Source of the DNA: a virus
Reading direction: 5' to 3' (one strand)
IMG/VR virus record: IMGVR_UViG_3300009008_000029
Span: 11,784 to 75,783 of that record
DNA: 64,000 bases
The notes under the pieces were generated by a model. It searched no databases, had not been told where the DNA came from, and saw only the letters and a program-made list of their open reading frames with translations. Position numbers and translations under genes: made by a program. Shown here one piece after another: positions 8,282 through 19,300 of the stretch (within the stretch, counting starts at the first letter, position 1; each line of letters starts with the position of its first letter).

Positions 8282-11200
8282 ATGGGGTTGGAACACAGAC
8301 CGTATATCGGCAGTTGGACAATGGGGTCACGAAAGGTGATCCAGCATACCCCCGATGCCTTGGTGTACATCAATGGTGATATGAGTGTTCCCGGTTGCGT
8401 CAAATGCAACAGCCACATCAACATTCAGGAGTTCATCACATCTGTTTCCGTAGATGCGGGGACAGATCCTGCGGGGGCGTCGGCATCTATTACATTGTCC
8501 GTCCCCGTCCACCATTTGGACTCGTTCGCTAGGGACGCTCAGTTCATTCTGCATCCCGGTCTTGAGGTTCATGTCTACCAACGGGGTTACTTCCCGGTGA
8601 AAGGCATGTTCTCCAATCTAGCTGGTGCCACCAGCCCAGAAAAGATGGAGATCATCTCCGGTACCGGACCTATCCAAGAGGGCAAGTACGAGGGCAAATA
8701 CGACCCGCAAGATCTGATGGGTAGTAGCGAGGGTTCCTACAAGGATCTCCCGGAGGGTGTGCGGGAAAACTTGTGGGCCATGACCTACAACATGGAGACC
8801 ATCGATCAGTATTTCACGGCGAGGGCCGAGCGTGGAGATTTCGGGTCTTACAATCAGGGGTCATTGAGAATCCACGTTGGTGATGGCTACGCACCTCCGA
8901 AAGCCAATGACAAACGCAAGAACACCAGCCAACATCGCAAAGGGAATGCCCTCGATTTCAACATCCAGTACGAAGATGTGAACGGGCAGGTTCGGATGAT
9001 CCCCCGAGATGACACTTGGGCGGGCCTGATTAAGATGCAGGGTTCCGGTTACATCGAGCACGGAGGGATTGGTTCCTATCTGGAGGTCGATGATGCGGGG
9101 AAACCAACCGGACGCTGGTACGTCAATCCTCATTATGACCGGAGAGGGCTGAACTCACGTGACCAAGATCCCCGCTGGAATAGGCACAAGAAAAAGAGTG
9201 AAGAGAACTGGACGGGCGGCTTTGCTCCAACAGCCTCCATGAACAAGGCATTGAGTGAGAGTCCCGAACCCGGTGACCTCGGTGGCGTAAACACCTATGC
9301 CGGAAACAAGGACAAGAAGTGGCAGATCCCTCAGAATGTAACGATTGCGGGGGAGTCTACTCAGCCGCAGGATCCCAAATGGGAGCCATCCCCGTTGGAA
9401 CAGATGGGGATGTCGGACAAGGATTTGGAGAATCTGCTGGCGTACCCCTACTATCACACCTTCCACGGGGTCGTTACACAGGTGTCTTTCTCTTGGAGTC
9501 CCGGCGTGCAGGAGATTACCCTCCAGTGTGCCTCGATGCTCCACTTCTGGCAGTACCACCAGATGAGCACCAATGCTTCGGTGTTCGGTGCGAGGCCGCA
9601 CAATTCCAAGGCCCGTGTGTCGATGGTGGGTCACAACTTCACCGGAATGCACCCCTACGAGATTATCTACTACCTCCACAACGACACAGCGGGTGCTGCC
9701 GGGGGTATCTCATGGGCACTGTCCCAAAAGACGAATCAGAAGGCACGTAGCCCTGTTACGGGCGAGTCCTTGTTCAGTATGAACTTGCGGTACTGGCAGC
9801 AACGGTTCAATCAGCGTGAGATCAAGCTCCGACTACATGGTGCCACGGGTGAAATCTACAATACGGCCCAAGCCACTTTCTTGAGCCGCATGAAGGGCGG
9901 CAGCCTTGCGAGGCTCATCAAGAAACGGTTTAACCTTCGGGAGGATCGGGCCGGGGCGGACATCCTCACCGATTCCGTGTTGGAGGCGTTGATTTGGGGT
10001 CGTGCTCATGCTGGAAAGGCAGACTCCAAAAAGCCCCAGTTTGAGCTAAACCTCGCCGAGATGATTGCCTTTGTGTCCAACATTTCGGAATGGGGTAACA
10101 TCCAGCTATTCGAATCCACCTATGAGTCCAAGCTCGATATCGCCCAGAAGGTCTGCGAGGTTACCGGGTTTGAGTTCTATCAGGACGTGGATGGGGATTT
10201 CGTTTTCAAACCTCCCATGTACAACCTCGACACTTCCAGCAGCCGGGTTTACCGGATCGAGGACATTGACCTCATCAACATCACCTTTGATGAGAAGGAA
10301 CCCGAAGTCACTTACATGACGGTGAAGGGTTCCGGGATGAAGAATCAGCTAGGGGCGGGATTGGAGAACGAGTGGGGCAAGCAAGGTCAATACATTGACT
10401 ACCGGCTGGTAGCCCAGTTTGGCTGGCGACCGGGAAACTACGAGGCCGAATACTTCAGTGATCGGGCTTCGATGTTCTTTGCTGCCGTCAACCGTCTGGA
10501 CATCATGAATGCCCCCGTCAAATCGGCGTCGGCAACGATTCCGGTTCGTCCTGAGATTCGGCCCGGCTACCCTGTTTACATCCCGTATCTGGATTGCTTC
10601 TACTACTGTCCCAGCTTCGCTCACAGTTATCAGGTGGGTGGGCAATGCACTACATCCCTCCAACTTATCGCCAAACGTGCCAAATTCTATGCCCCCGGCG
10701 ACCCGACGAAGGGCACGAAAGGTATTGAAGCAATCAACATGGGGTACCCGGCGTTCCCTCCGATGCCCTTGCGGGTGGAGGATAACGACGGGCGGCCTCG
10801 TCTAGCGGGGTTCCCTAATGTTGTGATGGCTCTGGACCCCCACCAGTTGAGTCCTACCTACTTCATGGTGGGGGCCGACATTGATCTGATGAACACCACC
10901 GAGGCGTTGGGAAGCCTGTTGAAGATGGCTGTGGACCTCAACGTACTCATTACCGATGACAAGGGCGGCCCCGGACCGGAGTACTGGATGGAAACCCCCG
11001 TGGGGGATGCTCAGTTGAAGTTTTGGTATGACCCGGATGGGAAAATGGCTCCCGAAGGGTTTGCCGACCTGACTGAGGTTGCCAAGCAGTATCAGACGGC
11101 ACTTGATAAGTTCAACGAGTCACAGTCGGAGAAGACCAAGGAGATGTTGGGTCAGACCGAAAAGGTAGCTGAGTTGGACGAGAAGCTGCGTGAGGTGCTG

Positions 11201-13324
11201 GTGGACCCGAAACGGACGGAAGCCAAACTGAACAAGGTGTTGGGGAAGGCGGAGGCAGCCCGCAAGAAACTCCACAAAATGGAGTTGAAATTCGAACAGG
11301 CTCGCCAAGCGTTCAACACTACTGAATCAAAGAAGTTCCCGCTGAAGGGGACATTCCTAAAGTTGATCCAAGAGGTCGGTTCCAAGTTCTTCTCTAGCAA
11401 GCAGTTTGGATCAACCTATGGCAACCCAAATGCCACCTCTGCACTGTTGGAGATGTTGTCGGATAAGAAAGCCATCATGACTAATGGCAGTTTGCCGGGC
11501 ATGTATCGGTACTACTCGGCCTCACACCCTCATAAAGAACAGCAGGGGCAGCCCCCCCTGACCATCAAGGATACGGACACGGAGAAGAGTACCATCGTCC
11601 ATACCCCTTTTGTGTCGGGAGCGAGAGCCGTCCCTACGTTCATTCCTTCGGGGCAGATTCAGGTCACGGGTGACACTTCAAACCCACCGGATGCAAAACT
11701 GGAGGACCGCCAACCCATCTGGGGTATTCGTGTTTTGACAAACCGAGTCCCGAATGGGGAGTTTCTACCTACCAGCGAGATACGCCAGTTAATGTTCGGG
11801 GTCCACCAAGTTCATCTGACGACTACCAAAGGAAAGGGTCGGGTTGTCAAACGCAAGGTGGATTTAGGCCGAGGCATCGGCAAGAGGGTTCATGGTTCCT
11901 TCTGGGAGACCAAGGATGTGGCATGGAAGAATGATCCTCTGAGGACCGTCCCTTCTGATTTTATCACCTCCGTTTTGGACCTCGTGAATGAGGCTTTGTT
12001 GGGAGTCGGAACCGATCATGAGGGTAGTTGGGGGTGGGCCGCTGATGTCATTGAGGAGGCTGGTTGGGACCGTAGTAGCGTCCCGAAGATCGATGTTATC
12101 GAACTCAAAGAAACCTACCTCTTGTACCGTGGGGTTGGGGTAGAATTCAGTAAATCCTTGGACAACTACAAGTTGGCGGACAACCCGGAGGCCGAGGATT
12201 TGATGTTTCCGGGTTCGGACAGGTTCACATCGCTTCAGATTTGGCAGGATCTAGGGGAGAAAATCGCCAACCTTGTGATCAAGGTTGTGACGAGGGTGAA
12301 GGATGAATGGGTTGATGCCCTCGATGAGTTACAACTTCCGGGTGCCGTGAAAGCCAAAGCCATAGGGAAAATTTACGACGGACTCCAAAGGTCGATGGGC
12401 AATCCGAACACAAGGGTCAAGGTAGTTCGGACCCGCCAACGCAAGCTGTTCCGGGATGTTGTGTACAGTCCTGTGTTCCCCATCTCGGATGCTCAAGGTT
12501 ATGAGGTAATCGGGTCATACCGGTACGGGCGTGACGTTGATATTGACCCCTCGGGTGTTTTCGATGTGTTCCACCGGAAAGACCCCTTCTCGTTGTTGAA
12601 TACCAAGTTGGTCGAGGAGTTCATCGACGTTGTATACAACAAGAAAGGTACATGGGAGGAGGAGGAGGTCGAGAACGTCAATTCCAATACGGGAGAACCA
12701 GCGACGGTCAAGAATTTCATCGATGGACCTTACGCCCAAAGTGTTGTGGAGCAGAAGGTCATTGATGCCCTGCGGAAGAACATGACCGACAAGCAGATTC
12801 TGGATCTAGGGTTGGCCGTGACAACGGGAGACCCGAATGTCCTGCAACTCGATCTGGCGAACTGGTATGCCTCCAAGAACAAAGATGGGCTTCAGAAAAT
12901 CCCGCTGGTGAATGCTGGATTTTCGTTGGGCGACCTCCAGATACACACCGGGGCTAATATGTGCCGTTGTAAGGCATCCGAGGCCGATGTCCTACTCCAT
13001 GTGGCAGGTACGGACGATTTCGTTGCTGTGGAGGCTTCAGGGGCCGTCCTGCCGGAAGCATGGAGCGACTCGGAACTGGACCCGATTACCCGTTGGGAAA
13101 TGATCAACGCAGCTCGAAGCGCACCCGAATGGCAACAGGCACAGGAAGCTCTCAGGGGTGTACGCCCCATTGTGGATAAGAGCAGCATCGTCAAATCCTT
13201 CAAGGATCTGGGTGAAGCCTATGAGAACTGGTCCGATGAGATGGAGAACCGGCAGGAGACCCTGACGAATTTTGCGACTGAGGGCACGGCGGATGCAATA
13301 GACGCTTTTGACGAGGACGATTGA
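8282..13324 (+). CDS. Baseplate hub protein (gp27/late-control-D-like) with inserted M15-type peptidase domain
   Basis: Hub motifs include FHGVVTQV, SKLDIAQKVCEVTGFEFYQDVDGDFVFKPPMY and IPVRPEIRPGYPVY...FAHSYQVGGQCTTSLQL. Peptidase motifs are SQHRKGNALD, GGIGSY and PHYD. Confidence 0.75.
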   Translation: MGLEHRPYIGSWTMGSRKVIQHTPDALVYINGDMSVPGCVKCNSHINIQEFITSVSVDAGTDPAGASASITLSVPVHHLDSFARDAQFILHPGLEVHVYQRGYFPVKGMFSNLAGATSPEKMEIISGTGPIQEGKYEGKYDPQDLMGSSEGSYKDLPEGVRENLWAMTYNMETIDQYFTARAERGDFGSYNQGSLRIHVGDGYAPPKANDKRKNTSQHRKGNALDFNIQYEDVNGQVRMIPRDDTWAGLIKMQGSGYIEHGGIGSYLEVDDAGKPTGRWYVNPHYDRRGLNSRDQDPRWNRHKKKSEENWTGGFAPTASMNKALSESPEPGDLGGVNTYAGNKDKKWQIPQNVTIAGESTQPQDPKWEPSPLEQMGMSDKDLENLLAYPYYHTFHGVVTQVSFSWSPGVQEITLQCASMLHFWQYHQMSTNASVFGARPHNSKARVSMVGHNFTGMHPYEIIYYLHNDTAGAAGGISWALSQKTNQKARSPVTGESLFSMNLRYWQQRFNQREIKLRLHGATGEIYNTAQATFLSRMKGGSLARLIKKRFNLREDRAGADILTDSVLEALIWGRAHAGKADSKKPQFELNLAEMIAFVSNISEWGNIQLFESTYESKLDIAQKVCEVTGFEFYQDVDGDFVFKPPMYNLDTSSSRVYRIEDIDLINITFDEKEPEVTYMTVKGSGMKNQLGAGLENEWGKQGQYIDYRLVAQFGWRPGNYEAEYFSDRASMFFAAVNRLDIMNAPVKSASATIPVRPEIRPGYPVYIPYLDCFYYCPSFAHSYQVGGQCTTSLQLIAKRAKFYAPGDPTKGTKGIEAINMGYPAFPPMPLRVEDNDGRPRLAGFPNVVMALDPHQLSPTYFMVGADIDLMNTTEALGSLLKMAVDLNVLITDDKGGPGPEYWMETPVGDAQLKFWYDPDGKMAPEGFADLTEVAKQYQTALDKFNESQSEKTKEMLGQTEKVAELDEKLREVLVDPKRTEAKLNKVLGKAEAARKKLHKMELKFEQARQAFNTTESKKFPLKGTFLKLIQEVGSKFFSSKQFGSTYGNPNATSALLEMLSDKKAIMTNGSLPGMYRYYSASHPHKEQQGQPPLTIKDTDTEKSTIVHTPFVSGARAVPTFIPSGQIQVTGDTSNPPDAKLEDRQPIWGIRVLTNRVPNGEFLPTSEIRQLMFGVHQVHLTTTKGKGRVVKRKVDLGRGIGKRVHGSFWETKDVAWKNDPLRTVPSDFITSVLDLVNEALLGVGTDHEGSWGWAADVIEEAGWDRSSVPKIDVIELKETYLLYRGVGVEFSKSLDNYKLADNPEAEDLMFPGSDRFTSLQIWQDLGEKIANLVIKVVTRVKDEWVDALDELQLPGAVKAKAIGKIYDGLQRSMGNPNTRVKVVRTRQRKLFRDVVYSPVFPISDAQGYEVIGSYRYGRDVDIDPSGVFDVFHRKDPFSLLNTKLVEEFIDVVYNKKGTWEEEEVENVNSNTGEPATVKNFIDGPYAQSVVEQKVIDALRKNMTDKQILDLGLAVTTGDPNVLQLDLANWYASKNKDGLQKIPLVNAGFSLGDLQIHTGANMCRCKASEADVLLHVAGTDDFVAVEASGAVLPEAWSDSELDPITRWEMINAARSAPEWQQAQEALRGVRPIVDKSSIVKSFKDLGEAYENWSDEMENRQETLTNFATEGTADAIDAFDEDD

Positions 13325-15744
13325 TGACTGGACCACTAGATTACGGGCGTAGACGCCCGACAGCCCCGCCTACGGTGACCCGTGGGCAGATGCGAGCCAC
13401 CTCCCAGAAAGCGAAGAAAGATCTGGAGAAGGGCAGCCCCGATTTCAATTTGGGGTTGGGTCTCGCCAAGGTCATCGGGATCGATTACGAAGGTCACTTT
13501 GTGAGTCTCCGTACTCTTTCCGGTGCCTCTCAGCAATATGACCGAGTCCCTGTGCCGATGACCTATCCGGGAGCGGGTGCAAGACACTTCCTAGGGGCAA
13601 TGCCGCAGGAAGGCGACCATTGTGTCGTCGGTTGGGTGCCTACGGGGGGTCCGGGAGGTGGGACCAAGACGCCCATCATCTTGAACTGGGTCATTCCGGG
13701 CGTGTGGCCCGGACGAGACTGGTTGACGACCGCCGAGGTAGAGGATTCAGAGTACGACCCCACACCCGGCCAAGAGGCTTTTTTGGGGGCTTCCTTTGCC
13801 CGTGTTCGCCACAAGCTCCGGCATATTCAACCGGGCAATATCGTAGCAAGCTCCGCACAAGGTTCCGATCTTGTGTTGGATGAAGGCATCACGATTTCCA
13901 ACCGGAGGGGAAACGAGGTCCGACTGCGGGATCAGGATCAAGCTCTGGTAACACGTAGCCTCCAGCAGTTTCATGCAATGGCGGGTACCCGTATCTACGG
14001 AGGGATGGTCCAAAGGGATGCGACATTCTTGCCCGAAATGATGGTCTCCGATGGGAACGTCTGGGATGGCCCAATTCAGGCTATTCTAGGTGAGCCCATC
14101 AAGGACTATCAGTTGCATCCTGATGTGAATCTTCCCGAAGGGTTCCTGACCCCGGCCCGTTTGTTCCAACGTGACTCGATTGACGCTGATGATGGGTACT
14201 TGGACCGGAGTTCCCTACGTGTGAGTCCCTACCTTGACCCGTATCTGTTCCTGAAGGCTGGCAGTTTCATCGACGACACCGGCTATGTGGTGGACAGCAG
14301 GTACTCAGCGGACGGGGTCTACGGGGGCAAGCCCTTGTACCGGGTGGCATCCAAAGCCAAAGAGAATGCCGTTCTCAACCCCGATGCCGCAACTCTCACA
14401 GAGTACCGAATCGAACTGACCCACACCTCAAAGGGACGTTTGCCTGTCACGGAACAGACCGATATGTTGGACGCCGAGAGGCTTCCCGGCAGAGACCCCA
14501 ACATGGCGATGGGCGCACCGCCTCCCAATGCACCTTTTATGGAATGGGTACTGGGGAGTGTGGTCGGGAACGATCCCTTCTCACAGGATGGGCGAACGAA
14601 GTACGGGATGCCGCTGGTGGCATCCATCTTTGACGGGAATGTTCCGAATCCCCGAATCGAACCAGCGAAGTTGGCGGAAGTGGGGGAGACGGCGACCCCC
14701 ACCCCGTTACTGGAGCAAGCGGCGACGTTGTTCCGGCTCACACCTCCTGCCGGACAGTTACCCAGCACATTCTGGTCCGTGAATAAACAAGGGCAACTCA
14801 GAGCCGCAATCGGTGGCAATGCCCGTGAGAATTCCATTGAGGCATTCACCACGGGTGGCTTGAAGCTCGGCGTAGCGGGCAAATTCCAGTTGTTGCTGAA
14901 TGGGCACATGGAATTAGGCACTTTGAGCAAATCGAGTATGGCACTGACGGCGGAAGAAGGGGCCGTCAGAATCTATGGCGGTGGTCCGCTGAAGGGGCTT
15001 GAATCCGACACTGAGACTCTCACAGGAGAACCCGGTGATCTCCCCGCTGTTGATATCGAAGCCAAGACGAACGTTCGGATGAAGGCCGGGCAGAAAGTAA
15101 TCGTGAACGGGACCAGCATGGAGATGAACGCCGGTTCTATCTCGATGGTGGGTCGGGAGGACATTTCCATTGGGGGGTCCAAGCGGACCATGCTGGCGAC
15201 CGAGGGGCTTCAGGTTGCCGTCAATGGAAAGGCACAAGAGTCCTACGGTGGACCCAAGTACAACATGCCTACGGCGGGTGCTCTCCACGAGCGAACCTAC
15301 TCTCCGGCTTATCCGGGATTGGTTTGTGAGAAGGTCGAGTACAAAAGCGGGGATCGGGAGGAGACCTTCACCCTCGGGAGTCACTCGACCACGGTCAAAA
15401 TTGGCAACCTGACCTATGAAACGAGCCTCGGGACATGGAAAGCCAAAGGGACGACGAGCGAGTTGAAGCTAAGTGCCTCCGGGTTTGAGGGTAAGGCTTC
15501 GACGGGCGTTGTGTCCTTGAAGGCACAAGCGGGATCAGCCTCCATGACTGGGTCTGTCGACGCCAACGTGAAAGCAACTATGGGTACGGCCCGTGTCACT
15601 GGAGGTGCTGGGGTCTACCTTGGTGGTCCGATTACCGGACCAGATTCTGGTCCGATTATCTGTGCGGGTTCTTTGGAGCCCTTCACTGGCTTGCCGTTCA
15701 CCACTTGGGGAATGGGGGCCAAAGCCCACAACGTAGGTCCATAA
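13324..15744 (+). CDS. Central spike protein (T4 gp5 / P2 gpV / VgrG-like)
   Basis: TGATG overlap gives ATG 13324. The N-terminal OB-fold-like motif is AKVIGIDYE..VSL...GAMPQEGDHCVVGW. The C-terminal third is short Gly/Ser/Thr beta-strand repeats typical of a triple beta-helix. It follows the hub gene. Confidence 0.75.
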   Translation: MTGPLDYGRRRPTAPPTVTRGQMRATSQKAKKDLEKGSPDFNLGLGLAKVIGIDYEGHFVSLRTLSGASQQYDRVPVPMTYPGAGARHFLGAMPQEGDHCVVGWVPTGGPGGGTKTPIILNWVIPGVWPGRDWLTTAEVEDSEYDPTPGQEAFLGASFARVRHKLRHIQPGNIVASSAQGSDLVLDEGITISNRRGNEVRLRDQDQALVTRSLQQFHAMAGTRIYGGMVQRDATFLPEMMVSDGNVWDGPIQAILGEPIKDYQLHPDVNLPEGFLTPARLFQRDSIDADDGYLDRSSLRVSPYLDPYLFLKAGSFIDDTGYVVDSRYSADGVYGGKPLYRVASKAKENAVLNPDAATLTEYRIELTHTSKGRLPVTEQTDMLDAERLPGRDPNMAMGAPPPNAPFMEWVLGSVVGNDPFSQDGRTKYGMPLVASIFDGNVPNPRIEPAKLAEVGETATPTPLLEQAATLFRLTPPAGQLPSTFWSVNKQGQLRAAIGGNARENSIEAFTTGGLKLGVAGKFQLLLNGHMELGTLSKSSMALTAEEGAVRIYGGGPLKGLESDTETLTGEPGDLPAVDIEAKTNVRMKAGQKVIVNGTSMEMNAGSISMVGREDISIGGSKRTMLATEGLQVAVNGKAQESYGGPKYNMPTAGALHERTYSPAYPGLVCEKVEYKSGDREETFTLGSHSTTVKIGNLTYETSLGTWKAKGTTSELKLSASGFEGKASTGVVSLKAQAGSASMTGSVDANVKATMGTARVTGGAGVYLGGPITGPDSGPIICAGSLEPFTGLPFTTWGMGAKAHNVGP

Positions 15745-15745
15745 C

Positions 15746-16351
15746 ATGGCATTGACCCCCACAGGCGTCTATAACGCCCTCGTAGCGAATCGCCTTGCGG
15801 GGGTTTTCCCTTTTGGCGGGGTGGCCTACGACAAGTTAGCTTTGGGGTTGGCTCTGGGGGTTTGCCAATGGGGTGTGAACAACCCGGCGAATCTAGCCTT
15901 GAAAGGGGTGGCTACCGGGTCCGCCGGGGTGGGTAAAATCCTACCCGCTGCCAGCAAAATCGTATTGGTGAGTTCCGGGGCCGTGACTGCCGGGTTGCAA
16001 GGGGCGGGGATGGTTGGGCCTCTGTCACAGGCACTGGGAACCGCAGTCGAGGCCGGTCTATCCCAAGCCTTCTCCAGCTTGGCACAATACAATGGTCAGA
16101 GTCCTACAGTGGCCGTTGGGACCGATACCAGCAAAGTTTCCGTCGCCAATGCCGCCTCGTTGGTCGGTATCTTGAATCAGACGATGGGAGCGGTAATGGG
16201 GACCGGACCGGCATATGGAATGATGACAGCGGGACTGGGGAATGGGGTGGCAGCACTCCTTCTTACTGGGACCGGTTCAGGGGCTGTGACGGGGACACCC
16301 GTAGTTCCAGCGGCCCCCGCAACGGGAACGACAACATCAGTGGTGATATAG
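15746..16351 (+). CDS. Small Gly/Ala-rich three-repeat protein, candidate spike-tip
   Basis: 201 aa, nearly uncharged, with three internal repeats. It lies directly after the spike gene. Confidence 0.5.
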   Translation: MALTPTGVYNALVANRLAGVFPFGGVAYDKLALGLALGVCQWGVNNPANLALKGVATGSAGVGKILPAASKIVLVSSGAVTAGLQGAGMVGPLSQALGTAVEAGLSQAFSSLAQYNGQSPTVAVGTDTSKVSVANAASLVGILNQTMGAVMGTGPAYGMMTAGLGNGVAALLLTGTGSGAVTGTPVVPAAPATGTTTSVVI

Positions 16352-19300
16352 ATGGGCGTTAGATTCCAAGGACACGTACTTAGGGGGGCTCGTATTGCCC
16401 CCAGTAATTCTATCACCACCGGTGAACCCAACACGGGGGTCGTTCGTTTTCCGATTACCCTTCCGGCGGCGTATACCCTAGATGCCCCCGAGTTTGTGGA
16501 CCCAGCGGCAGACCAGTACAGGGCGTCCATCCTTCAAGGTCCGGGGACAACCCCCACAGAATATCTGGTGTGGGCGCAGAACTCTTCCCAGTTGGCATTG
16601 CTGGACGATGGTGACTCATGGTGGACTGAGGACGGAGTAGGAACAATTCCGCAAGGGACCATCCCGGTCACCAACAATGATCCCCCTGAAGTTGCCGAGG
16701 GTGCCACCGTACCCACCACTTACGGGACCGACCGCATCGTGGTTACGGATAACGGAGGTCGCAACATCTCCAACATCATCGTTATCGTCGTTGCCCGAGG
16801 TGACGTGGACTATGACGACGATGGTTGGAAAGACGATGATGAAGAGAGTGTCCTCCCCAGTGACTGGGCGGGACAACCGAGGGACGGCGACACCCCGTAC
16901 ATCACATTGGAGATCGATAGTCTCCAGCAAGTTCCCGACGCTGGGTTGGTCTACCTGACGGAGGCACAGAAGACGGAACTGGGTGGCGGTGTGTCCCTTG
17001 AACGAGGTGACCAGATCATCTCAGTCAGGTACACGGCGGCCCCTGCTCGATTCTGGTGGACCCGCAATGATCGTTATGAGACTCGGTTTGGTTGGAATGG
17101 CAAGAAGCAGCGGTGGCAGCCCTACAAGGGTACCGGGGCTATCAACGTAGGCACCCTTCAGTTTGGTGTCACCTACAAGATGGACCCGCCAATTAGGAAC
17201 ATGCCGGTGGGTTCCTACCTGCCGGGGGACAGCACGACCCCAGATTCCTACAGCACTCTGCGGGTTGGTTCCGATGCGGGGGCTACTGGGGTTCCCGTAG
17301 GTAACGTCCGGGTCAAGAACAACTCCGAGTTGGAAGAGTTTGATTTCTCTACCGAGCCTGTCCTGAACGCAGTGATGGGTCAGAGCAATGGGGAACTCAA
17401 GTTCAACCCCTCGTTCGTCCAACAACATGCTGGGAAAACCATCTGGTTCAACTACAGCGGTTTTCAGGAGAAGGCCGACGGAGTAGTGGGGGCGTTGTAT
17501 CAGGCGGATTTGAATCCCTTGTATGTTGCGCCGGTTCCCGGTCCTACTGATTTCCCCTTCATCCGTCTAGGTTCCCGGAGACCTCTCCAGCCGACACTGG
17601 TTGCAACTGAGGCGGCTTTGGAAAATGCCGATGCTCCCGCTTCCGGTTCCGTTTTGGTTGCCTTGTCCACAGGACGACTCCGCCTTGCTCTGGATGATGT
17701 CAGGAAGGCGGACCCGGACCGTGAGGATGATTTCGATAAGAATTATCTGGGTGAGAACGTCTACTACGACGGGGTGGCCTTGAATGCCGTCCCGCAATCT
17801 GTCCGCCCGGCGGTTCAACTGTTAGACGGAGACGGGGATGAAGGGGTTGCCAACAGTGACGTTCTTTACGTGCCCGACGCCGAGTACCTGCCCTCAGAGT
17901 TTGCCGCAGACGACCAATGGCGTGGGTTAGGGGTCTCCGGGATTCTGGATGTGCCGGATGGAACCGGGTCACTTCCGGTGCTGCCCGGTGTTGCTGCAAG
18001 TGTGCGGCCCGGCGGTGATACTCTTGCTGCGGCATCCACGGGCCGTATCCGTCAGGTCAGTGACGGGATCGGCGACACCATCATTTTCACCCGGAAGGGC
18101 GCAATCGAGACTCTTGTTGAGGAGAGTACCGATGCGGACCTGCCCTCGATGGGTTTTCAGGTCAAATCGAGCAAGGCGTACATTGCCCTTGAACGTGGGG
18201 CGCACGGGTCAAGGGTCTTCATAGGGAAGAAGGATAGGAAGCGGTTCGGTGACAGTCCCATTTACTTCCTTCAGGCGTCCCTGACCCCGGCGGTTCGGAC
18301 TACGAGTGCCGAGATATACTCCCGGAACCGTACAATCTTCCGATTTGACGGAACTGAGACCCTGTACTTTGCCGTCGATGGTGTGTCACACGTCTGGACT
18401 CCTACCACGTTGATAGGATCGGACCTGACAGCATCCTTCTTTACCCCCACACAGGTCGCTGCTTCGCTCAATGCGGACAGTGTCCCGGCTGGAACTTTTG
18501 CCAGTGAACTGAACGGACGTATCCGGTTGTATGGTGAGACCTCCGTTGAGATTGGTTTCGGGACAACCGAAGAAAAGGATTTGACCGGGTGTGCCGCACT
18601 GGGGTTCGCACCGGGTTGGCGTGTTGTTAATGGCGTTTCCAATTGGTTGCCCGACTCAGGTGTGTCACTGGGTTTGACCCGCAGCCCCGTGAATCTTGAC
18701 CGCAGCCAGTCGGACCCCGATTTCAAGGCGGATGTCCGGGTAGAGGACATGTTGCTGGTCAAGAGTGTCCAAGAGGCACCCTATGTGTTCCTTGACAACC
18801 CGCCCCTTCAAGACGTTGCTGGGGTCGATTTCAATGTGTTCTTCAACCTGACGACCACGGTGCTTGAAAATCTGACCCTTCGGGTCATCAACACCCCTTT
18901 GCGCCACTATGAAGACATCATCCATAGATTCGGCAATGACCGTTTTGACTGGGTAGAAGAGGGAGCCACCGTAGCACCTATCGAGCAGCCGACCTCCACG
19001 TTGACATTGGGAACCCCGAATCTGGTGTTGGACTCAATGCGTGCGGCTCCGGGAATTGGCGGTGGTCTTTGGATCACCGGGGACACCGGAGTCATGGGTT
19101 TCCAAGACCCGGATACCGATTACGTCTTGCCCCTTGATGGTTTGCCGGGGAGCGTCACCCTGATTGAGAGATTCGGGAACCGTGTTACCTATGGGGGTCT
19201 GGGTACTTGTGAGGCAGGAGGAATAGTCTTTACGGATACCGCTGCTGATTTCTTGTCCGAACTGGCACCAGTAGAAGAGGGTTATCGACTCAAGATTTCC

